Shown here in pieces: positions 26,101 to 33,031 of a stretch of 50,029 nucleotides of DNA; position 1 is the first letter of the stretch, and every line of letters starts with the position of its first letter. Under the pieces are notes generated by a model. The model saw nothing but the letters and a program-made list of their open reading frames with translations, was not told the origin of the DNA and did not search any database. The DNA comes from a virus. Its lineage: Duplodnaviria; Caudoviricetes. The DNA is taken from the IMG/VR virus record IMGVR_UViG_3300033067_001279, positions 1-50,029 of that record, one strand, 5' to 3'. The position numbers and the translations under genes were made by a program.

Positions 26101-29100
26101 CCACCGCCTTATTGATCGGGTTCAGCTTGTCGAGCAGCGAGGTGTAGGCCGTCGAGGCATAGGTGGCGATCGTGGCGCGGACGCCGTTTGCCTGGGCTTC
26201 CTTGATGAGCTCGACGGCCGCCGAGTTGCGACGGCTCGAGACGACATCGCCGGCAATCGCCGCCTGCGACGGCGCCGTGACGTGCTGGCGGTAGGCCTCG
26301 GCAATCGCCTGGATGCTGGCGAGCTGCTCGGGGGCCTTGGTCCGGAGCATGTCCTCGAATGCCTTGGTGAACTGCGGCGCGGAGTTGCGGGCATAGGCCG
26401 GCGTGGTCACATAGAAACGGAACCACTCGGCAAAGCCTTCCGAGAGCTGTTGCTTGGGATCCGCACCCGCATAGGCGAGCGGCTCGAGCTCCTTGGCATG
26501 CGCCAGCTTGATGGTGTTCAGCGAGCGGCCCCACTGGGTTTCCATCGAGTGGGCGGTTTCGTGGGTCTGCGTCTCGAAGTCCGACACCTCGCGGAGGCGG
26601 ATCACACCTTGGCCGCGGTCATACTGGCCGGCGATGCGGCCGCCACCCTTGGGGGCCCTGGCAAGTCGGCCCTGGCGGACGGGCGCGCCGGTGAGCTTCT
26701 GGAGCTCGGCGCTGATGTCCTCGAGGCGGGGTGCCAGCTCCGGCGTAGCCTGGCCGGCAACCTGGACCGTGCCGGCCTGGGGCCGGTTGGTCGGCATGGT
26801 GGACTGTTGCGGCCGCCGGGCGAGGGCTATTCCTTCGGTGGGGTTACCCCCGTCTTGGCGAACAGCTCCTTGAACATCTTGTCCGTCGAGCGGTTTTCGA
26901 TCTCCTCCAAATCCAGAAAGCCCTTCGAGGGCGCCGGTGTCGTCGGTGACTTGAGGGGGATCTCCGGGGCGGCCGTTTGCGTCGATTTCGGCATAGCGAT
27001 CTGCAACTCCTTCTTGTCTGAGAACTCGGTAAGTCTCGGCCGGTGAAACGCCAACAGCCTTGACATATTCCGGGTTGATGATCCGCCCGGTCTTGATAAA
27101 TCGCCCGATCATGCGGCGGAACGCATTGTCGTAAGTCACCGCAATATTGATCAGGTCGACCTTGTAGCCGAAGGCCTGGAGGTTCTTGACCAGCTTGCGG
27201 ATCCCATCGGGGTTATGGCCCACCTTCGGGACCACGATGTTCGAGCCATCCGTGAGCATCCGCGCCAAGACGGCGTTCGCCATGTCGGCGCTTTCCTCAT
27301 GGACCGCATTGGCCCCGATGCCGCCATGGAACTCCGGAATTACCTTCTTGGCTTCATCGGGATCGACAATGGCCGCATAGCGATCGGCTGCGAAGCGATC
27401 TGCAAAGGTCGATTTGCCGGCAGCGGGCGGGCCCAGGACAATGGTAGCGCGGCGCTCATGCTTGACCGGGCCCTTGGTGGAGAAGGCGTTTGCCCCTTCA
27501 ACCAACCGATCAATGGCAGGATCGAAGCCATGGACCGGACCATCCGGGAAGTCATATACGCGGGACTGCTTCCACGCATCAGACATGAAGCCTGGTTGTT
27601 CATTCGTCAAGGGGATTGCGTCAAGGCGCCGCACCGCGTCTTGCACAAAGGGGTGCGCGGCGATTTCGTCAATCGGCGCACCATTGGCGAGCATGTCGGG
27701 CAGCCCGGTGCCGATCGCGTCGGTCTTGAACGCAAAGCCCTTTTGATCGGCCTCGGATCCGAACAAGCCGACATCCATGCCCTTTTGCGGCCGCTTGGCG
27801 CGGAGCGGCGCCTCGGCCCGGCGCTCGGCCAGGCTCTTGTTGGAGATCTGCTCCGCCCCGGGAATGACCATCTGCGGCTTGTTGTCGGCGCCCGGCTCGA
27901 GGATCGGGGCCTTTGGCTGGCTCATCAGGGTTTCGCGGCCCTTGTCGGTCAGGAAATAGCGAGTCACGCGATTGCCGGTCGCGGTGTAGCTTTCGCGGCC
28001 CTCGATCCAGCCCATGCGGGTGGCTTGGTTGATCTGGTCTCCAAGGATGTTATTCGGCGCGCCCAACTTGCCGCTCGCCAGTGAAAGGAGACGTTCCATT
28101 TGGGGCGTCATGGCAGGCGCCGCGGGGGCGCCCGGCTCATAAGTCGGACCGTTCACCTCGGCCTGGAACGCCGGATCTTTCTGGAGGGTGCTCGAGATCT
28201 GCTGACTGCGGGTCGCCCCTTCGGCCGGCTTGCCATAGAGCGCCGAACGCAGAATGTTGCCATCGGCCGCCACATAGGGCGGATCTATGCCCTCCTCGGC
28301 CAGGATCTTGAGGCGGCCCTCGATCTTGCTGTCCGCGACGGCGCCAAGGAAATGGATCCGGGTCGGCTTGGCCTCTTTCACGAACGCCCGGAACTCCTCC
28401 GCGCTGATGGCCTTTTCGTTGGAGGGGATCCCCGCGATGAAATCCGTCCCGAGAATGTTGCGCGCCTCGGCATAGGCCTGGGCGAGCGTCTTCTCGCCCT
28501 TCTGGAGCGGTACGATGAGGTTTTCAGCGAACGGGCGGAGATCGTCCGCATGCTGACGGAGGAGCGCGAGGGAAGCGGCCTGGTCGCCAATGATGTCGGG
28601 GGCCACGAAGACCGGCGGCGGATAGCTGTCCTCGGCCTGGTTGGCGTCCATGATGGCCAGGCGCAGCTCGTTGTATTTGTCGAGCACCGCCTGGAAATCC
28701 ATGTCCTTGAGCTGCGGCGGCGCGGCACCCTCGGCCCGGAACATATCGCCCAGGTCCGTGAGATAGCGGCCTTGCTCGCGCATGTTGCGGCGGAACAGGC
28801 CGAAAGCCCCGGAGTCGACGAACACCCGGGCATGCCAGTCGAGGATCCGCTGGGCCAGGCGCGGAATGTTGGCGTCCGAAAGCTCCTGCACGTCGATGCC
28901 AATGCCGCGCGTGTCAATGCCGCCGAAGGTGTGGGCGCCGGCCTCGAAGTCATTCAGCCGCGACATGCCGGAGGCGAAGCGCACGGCGCGCTCCTTGAGC
29001 TGGCGCACCTGGCCGTCGACGCCCTGGGGAACGGTCGGCTTGACGCCGTTGGATCGCACCAGGGTGGCGAGCTCGCTCCGGGATCCGTCCATGTGGCCGG

Positions 29101-32100
29101 TGGCGTTGCCCTGGGCGTCGAGGTGGGTGACCTGGTAGAGGCTCGGATCTCGCAGCGATTGCGTGACGATGATCGTCCGGCCGTCCTCGGTCTTACCCTC
29201 GAATGCGCCGGTGCGCTCGATCGCGCTCTCGATGTCGGCCTGGAAGGCGGCCATTTCCTGCCGGCGCTGGCGGATCTGCTCCTGAAAGGCCTTCATGCGC
29301 TCGGTGGTCGCCGGCGGCGGCATCACGTCGAACAGGCTGGGGCCCTTGTCAACCGGCGGCCGGCGGGCAAAGGCGATGTTGGGCTCGGTCGGATCCCAGG
29401 TGCCGCGGTTGTTGACGCTCTTGATCTGGGTAGGATCGAACGCGACAACCTCGCTGGGAAGGCGATGTGTGTAATTCTTGTTGAACACATCGCCAGCAAA
29501 GATGCCGTCATATCCGAGCTTCCGCACCTCCGGGATTATGTTCTTGCGAAACTCATCCAGAAGCGTGCTGCCATGGAGCCCGCCGTGCGAATCCCAGGCT
29601 GCGGCGTCCTCGCCGCGCACGGCGGTTTCCTCTGCGAACAGATCATTTTGGAGCTCCAAGGCGGTCTTGCCGCCTGTGATCCGCTTCATCACCTCATCGA
29701 CTTGCGGCGCGATGTGGTTTTGATAGAGCTCCTTGGGGGCCATGCCGGGATGTTCTTTTTCGGCAATTGCCTTGAAGTGAGCCTTCAATGCCGTCGCGAA
29801 ATTTTCGACAATCTCATCCGGCTGAGAGGTTTTCCCATGGATCCAAAGAGGATTTTGGATGCTGACGTAGAGCTCCATGGTGTTCGCGGCGGTGCCACCA
29901 CGTTGCAGGGAATAGGCATCAGCAAGGTATCGCTGCGGCGTCAAGTAGAATCCATCGGCTCCGAAAAATCCCTTGTCGAACCGCTTTCCTGCACCCTGCT
30001 TAAACTCGGTGAAGGCAGTCGGGCCGGTGCCGTGATAGATCACCAGCGGGTCGCCGTTCTCGTCCACCAGCTTGGAATGACCGAACCACCGCTTGAAGGC
30101 CGGTGAGTCGGTGGGGCCAGCGTCCGTCAGTCTTGCGGCGATCCCCGTTTCGTCCGGGCGTCCAACTGGGCCAGGGCGACCCCCGTCCGGACCAATTGTC
30201 TTGCTCGCTGTGCGGAGCTCGTCGAGAAAATCTCGGACAACGGCCGGACGGGAGTCTCCGTCTTTAAGCCGCTTGGCGGCAGCGGCGAGGGCGTCGGCAA
30301 TGGGGCCTTTGCGGCGGGCTTGGGCTTGGAGGGTGGCGAGGATCGCGGCATCTTGGGTTGCCCTTTCTGCATTGGTTGCGGTGGCCAGAGTGTTGCCGGC
30401 GCCGGTAAGGCGGGCCTCCTCCTTGACCAGGGTGGCGAAGGCGGCGCGGTCCTTGCGGATGGCGGTCGCCGCGGCGCTCAAGACCTGGGCGCGCTCCTTG
30501 AAAAGGATCTGCGTCACCTCGGCCGAGCCGAACATGTCCTCCATGGTCGATTGCACGGCCGGCGCGTCGAGCGCATCGCGGATCATGCTCTCGGCCTCGA
30601 TGGCATTGTCCGGCTGTTCCTTGGCCAGGAGATCGAGGAGCTGGGCGTGGGTCTTTGGATCCGGCGCCAGGCGGCCCACCTGGGCAGCGTAGCCGGCCGG
30701 AACTTTCTTGTTGATAACCATCCCGAAGGCGTCATCAGACAGGTTGGCGAGGCCCTGGGCATCGCGCACCAGGGCGGAGGTCGGCGGCAGATCAACCGCC
30801 ATATCCGGCCGCGAGCGGAGGATCTTGGCCGCGTCGATGGCGTTGCCGGTGCCTTCCGCGATGTTCTTGGCCGCGGCGATGGCGCGCGCATCCTCTGAGG
30901 TGACGCCATCGGCTTCCCGGAGGACCACGGCGCGGATCTTCGGCTCCTGGCCTTCCTTCTCGAGGCGCGAGGCCAGGCCATGGCGCTGGTGGCCATCGGC
31001 AATATAGAAATCGCCCTTCAGATCCTCCCACACCAGCGTGACGCCGGACTTGATCGGATCCCATTTCTTCACGCCCTTGAGGCGATCGGTAACCCCGGCC
31101 TCGTCGCCACCTTCCTTGAACTGGAAGCGCTTGGCGTCAACCTTGAGATCCGAGGGGTTGAACTGGCGCTCGGTGCGATCGACCGGCAGCGGCGCGGGCG
31201 GGGGCTCGACGGCGGCGGGTGGGGTCTGCTCGGCGCCGGGCAGCGGGGCAACACGTTGCGCGGACTTCTTGGCGATCGCGTCGGCCCGCGCGCGGAGATC
31301 CGCCGCATAGGCCAGTTCCTCGGCTTTGCGGCGCTCGAGATCAGCCTTGATCGTCTCATATTTCGGGCTGTCCTTCGAGACGCCGGGCTCGGTTCCCGTA
31401 GCCTCGGCATTGCGCTGGGCGCGGGTGGCAATATAGTCCGCCAGATCGGCGCGCCCATACATCTCGGCGGCGGCCATACCCTCGACGGTCGATCGGTTTC
31501 CGGCAGCATGGATTGGCGCGACAACCGCATCGCGGATTGCCTGCTCGATCCCGCCCACATTAGAGCGGTTGCCATTGGCGGCCACGGCTGCATCCGCTTC
31601 GGCGCGGAGCTTCTCCTCGAGGGCGGCGAACTGTGTCGGCGCCGTGCCCTGCTGCACCACGAAATCGCCCACAGGGTTGCCGGGCAGCGGAGCGGCGGGG
31701 CCGCGCTCCCTCGAGATCTGCGCGGTGAGATCCTCGGCTTTCCCGCCGGTGATGCCCGGCACGAAACCGCGCTTCGGCTTCACAATGCCGATCGAGGCCA
31801 TGGGGTCGGCCGAGTCCTCGAAGGCCTTCACCTCCGGGCTGTTGATGCCGAATTGATCGACGGCCTGGGCGAGCGCGTCGGCGTGGGTATCGCCCACAAA
31901 GAACTTGCCGCCGATCTGCACGGCCGGCTTGCTCTCGCTGCCCCTGAATTTCGAGGGGTCGATCGAGAGATCCGGCTTGACCGGCTCGACGGGCGGCGTC
32001 TCATTGGTGAGGCCGCCCTGGGTTTCGGTCGGCGCCTGGGGGATCTCGCCGGGCTTGTTGGCGTTGAGGTAGTCGTCGACCTTGGCGATCTGCTCGGGCG

Positions 32101-33031
32101 TCATTTCCCGAATGCCGACCACCTCACCGAACAGCGCCTCTTGGGCGGTGTTGAGGTCGCCCGGGCTATGGGTGGCCAGGAGATATTCAGGAGTTGGCGG
32201 TGCCAGGCCTTCGGGAGCAGGCGGCGGCGGTTCAGCGGCGGGCGGGGCAGCCGCTTCCGGCGGCGGCGTGGGGCCAGGCTGCGGCGGCGGGCCGGCCGGC
32301 GTGCGCTCGGCGTGGCGGGCCTCCTCACGTGCAGCGCGGCCCTCGAGGTAGCCGAACGGCATGCCGAAGCCAAAGCCGGCAGCGGCATCGGTGGCCAGGG
32401 ATCCCCAGTCGACCGAATCACGCAGGCCGGAGCCCCACTCCTCGGCCTGGACGATCGCGTTGATACTGGCATTCATCGCCGCATTCGACACGCTCGAGTC
32501 AAGGAGCCGCGAGAACATCGGGTAGGCCATGCGCCATCCGGCCGTGCCGATCTCGGCCGCCGGGTTGAGCAGCGAGGCCGGATCTGCCAGGGCGCCGGCC
32601 ACCGAGCCCAGGATGGCGGCGGAATAATCGGCCGCCGAGCTCGAGGGTTTCATGGCGTCATATTGCGCTTGACGTTCCTGGCGCCGCGAAATCATCAGAT
32701 CCGCCGTGGCTTTGCCGGCCTCGGAGCCAATGCCCTGGCCGTTCACATAGCCTTGCTTGGCGCTCTGAATATCCTTGAGCTCGTCGACGCCCGGCGTTCC
32801 GAAATCCTGGGCGGCGTTGAAGTGCTGAACAAATCGCTCCTTCCAGGAGGTGTCGGCCTGCTCCATGCGCTGGGCCGGCTTGCGATCGGGCGCCTGGATA
32901 TACTGATCGAACGGGTTGGCCGGGGCCTGCGGCGTCACCTGGACGCCCATTTCCGGCTGATAGGGCGGCGGCTTGATGTCCTCCGCATCCGCGGGAGCCG
33001 GGGCGATCGCTGAGCCGGGCATGGTAACCAT
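23183..33031 (-). CDS. Giant polyvalent internal virion/ejection protein (~3,280 aa)
   Basis: Third internal-virion gene after tail tubular B; ATG 33031 overlaps the upstream TAA, AGGAG RBS. Domains by motif: ParB-like (YIADGHQR, ~30400-31170); ART (YHGT/GFYLT/EVVAFDPTQIKS, ~29375-30110); TGT/DpdA-like (VFVDSGAF/PDIIGD/IHFLG, ~28235-28985); wHTH (~27930-28110); zeta-like kinase (GPPAAGKST, ~26980-27460); HETAH metallopeptidase (~26280-26720); LPD38-like (IPKPFELG, ~23850-24400). Confidence 0.9.
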   Translation of the reverse strand: MVTMPGSAIAPAPADAEDIKPPPYQPEMGVQVTPQAPANPFDQYIQAPDRKPAQRMEQADTSWKERFVQHFNAAQDFGTPGVDELKDIQSAKQGYVNGQGIGSEAGKATADLMISRRQERQAQYDAMKPSSSAADYSAAILGSVAGALADPASLLNPAAEIGTAGWRMAYPMFSRLLDSSVSNAAMNASINAIVQAEEWGSGLRDSVDWGSLATDAAAGFGFGMPFGYLEGRAAREEARHAERTPAGPPPQPGPTPPPEAAAPPAAEPPPPAPEGLAPPTPEYLLATHSPGDLNTAQEALFGEVVGIREMTPEQIAKVDDYLNANKPGEIPQAPTETQGGLTNETPPVEPVKPDLSIDPSKFRGSESKPAVQIGGKFFVGDTHADALAQAVDQFGINSPEVKAFEDSADPMASIGIVKPKRGFVPGITGGKAEDLTAQISRERGPAAPLPGNPVGDFVVQQGTAPTQFAALEEKLRAEADAAVAANGNRSNVGGIEQAIRDAVVAPIHAAGNRSTVEGMAAAEMYGRADLADYIATRAQRNAEATGTEPGVSKDSPKYETIKADLERRKAEELAYAADLRARADAIAKKSAQRVAPLPGAEQTPPAAVEPPPAPLPVDRTERQFNPSDLKVDAKRFQFKEGGDEAGVTDRLKGVKKWDPIKSGVTLVWEDLKGDFYIADGHQRHGLASRLEKEGQEPKIRAVVLREADGVTSEDARAIAAAKNIAEGTGNAIDAAKILRSRPDMAVDLPPTSALVRDAQGLANLSDDAFGMVINKKVPAGYAAQVGRLAPDPKTHAQLLDLLAKEQPDNAIEAESMIRDALDAPAVQSTMEDMFGSAEVTQILFKERAQVLSAAATAIRKDRAAFATLVKEEARLTGAGNTLATATNAERATQDAAILATLQAQARRKGPIADALAAAAKRLKDGDSRPAVVRDFLDELRTASKTIGPDGGRPGPVGRPDETGIAARLTDAGPTDSPAFKRWFGHSKLVDENGDPLVIYHGTGPTAFTEFKQGAGKRFDKGFFGADGFYLTPQRYLADAYSLQRGGTAANTMELYVSIQNPLWIHGKTSQPDEIVENFATALKAHFKAIAEKEHPGMAPKELYQNHIAPQVDEVMKRITGGKTALELQNDLFAEETAVRGEDAAAWDSHGGLHGSTLLDEFRKNIIPEVRKLGYDGIFAGDVFNKNYTHRLPSEVVAFDPTQIKSVNNRGTWDPTEPNIAFARRPPVDKGPSLFDVMPPPATTERMKAFQEQIRQRRQEMAAFQADIESAIERTGAFEGKTEDGRTIIVTQSLRDPSLYQVTHLDAQGNATGHMDGSRSELATLVRSNGVKPTVPQGVDGQVRQLKERAVRFASGMSRLNDFEAGAHTFGGIDTRGIGIDVQELSDANIPRLAQRILDWHARVFVDSGAFGLFRRNMREQGRYLTDLGDMFRAEGAAPPQLKDMDFQAVLDKYNELRLAIMDANQAEDSYPPPVFVAPDIIGDQAASLALLRQHADDLRPFAENLIVPLQKGEKTLAQAYAEARNILGTDFIAGIPSNEKAISAEEFRAFVKEAKPTRIHFLGAVADSKIEGRLKILAEEGIDPPYVAADGNILRSALYGKPAEGATRSQQISSTLQKDPAFQAEVNGPTYEPGAPAAPAMTPQMERLLSLASGKLGAPNNILGDQINQATRMGWIEGRESYTATGNRVTRYFLTDKGRETLMSQPKAPILEPGADNKPQMVIPGAEQISNKSLAERRAEAPLRAKRPQKGMDVGLFGSEADQKGFAFKTDAIGTGLPDMLANGAPIDEIAAHPFVQDAVRRLDAIPLTNEQPGFMSDAWKQSRVYDFPDGPVHGFDPAIDRLVEGANAFSTKGPVKHERRATIVLGPPAAGKSTFADRFAADRYAAIVDPDEAKKVIPEFHGGIGANAVHEESADMANAVLARMLTDGSNIVVPKVGHNPDGIRKLVKNLQAFGYKVDLINIAVTYDNAFRRMIGRFIKTGRIINPEYVKAVGVSPAETYRVLRQEGVADRYAEIDANGRPGDPPQVTDDTGALEGLSGFGGDRKPLDGQDVQGAVRQDGGNPTEGIALARRPQQSTMPTNRPQAGTVQVAGQATPELAPRLEDISAELQKLTGAPVRQGRLARAPKGGGRIAGQYDRGQGVIRLREVSDFETQTHETAHSMETQWGRSLNTIKLAHAKELEPLAYAGADPKQQLSEGFAEWFRFYVTTPAYARNSAPQFTKAFEDMLRTKAPEQLASIQAIAEAYRQHVTAPSQAAIAGDVVSSRRNSAAVELIKEAQANGVRATIATYASTAYTSLLDKLNPINKAVDELAKIYEKRTGRALDITSAQDPYRLARLLQDSYSAGHIDLVHGVVPYHGVTPEGPGLSDALEKALGDSWTSWDDRRVADFASYLISRRAVREYDRFLAGEIPNTPGKFTKGDYQTAIAELELAHPEFTEAADMVYEWQRNMLRKKYESGFLTQELYDDLIQRPDYVPFMRDLSDLDREVGREPNATLRNSIVKAFKGSKRSIINPIESMMTDAYHFNALMRRNDVFKALDDLAKMAGPGSGAIAERIPSTQLKGSSVDVGDVLRAAGKEAGINPGDIDALTTLVDDLLGDNAKATVFKAGEINEKGEPIIYVWRNGKKQALRLADGDFGRQLYDSMTGMNKESRDLFTSVLALPSSMLRYSITTAPPFILANYIRDQVSAWVLTGMDFIPFVSGARGLRDEIMQHEISQIYNTFGGIMGGANVAALDKGRVMRDLDALRKNGYAVRRFASIRGFAELTELSETGTRLAVFRNSFERAKKDGLTPFEAAVEAAYQARDYIDFGRHGSKTHAARRLVTFLNASVQGLDKAVRTLTAEGAIRKAITPYVSHRAGRPLSARDRANLGKSAKAWTALTAMGVFSLGLTALYRDDPEYEEISDYVRATHWMVKLSPGNWVAIPKPFELGFVANLFERGFDAVYKRNPLALESFVSGLYDVTAPPTEVPIFKVGYELAHNVDSFGQPIVGQDIAGFEPWRQYTARTSEIAKAMGYATNMSPAMIDHAIQGFGASWGQIITSASVDRAQERGVLETATNALSRRFIKQATSGAVSSRQFWDQMSEQTGPMAQTANTYKDILDSQGAAAANTFLESKNENLKAYALLTGNFDAKVERLHPMRRAKDAIAAISALRKEIAGNDVSRIESPKDDPEKITLTPDQRLGAQELLARLSMVEARNALITTGIKGWEQKKPMDADGLIQDIGTLSPALGEELLARYHKRKVYNAHAVQEVWPEVKSRVLQDGADADFSDLLPGMED
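26827..26994 (-). CDS. Nested out-of-frame 55-aa gene at the end of the zeta-like kinase domain
   Basis: AAGGAG 12 nt before ATG 26994; MPKSTQTAAPEIPLKSPTTPAPSKGFLDLEEIENRSTDKMFKELFAKTGVTPPKE with G/C-ending codons while the host frame switches to A/T-ending codons. Confidence 0.65.
   Translation of the reverse strand: MPKSTQTAAPEIPLKSPTTPAPSKGFLDLEEIENRSTDKMFKELFAKTGVTPPKE
30127..30351 (-). CDS. Nested out-of-frame 74-aa gene at the end of the ParB-like domain
   Basis: AAAGGG 9 nt before ATG 30351; MPRSSPPSKPKPAAKAP...RPLSEIFSTSSAQRARQLVRTGVALAQLDARTKRGSPQD; host frame uses atypical codons here (AGG, CAA, CTT, AAA, CGA, TTT, AGA). Confidence 0.55.
   Translation of the reverse strand: MPRSSPPSKPKPAAKAPLPTPSPLPPSGLKTETPVRPLSEIFSTSSAQRARQLVRTGVALAQLDARTKRGSPQD

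Noticed and set aside
29323-29511. Possible third nested gene after the ART domain
   Set aside because: It has the S/R/P/T-rich composition of an off-frame read and no clear RBS, and the host frame encodes conserved ART motifs there. The same applies to 27340..27603 and 31069..31593.
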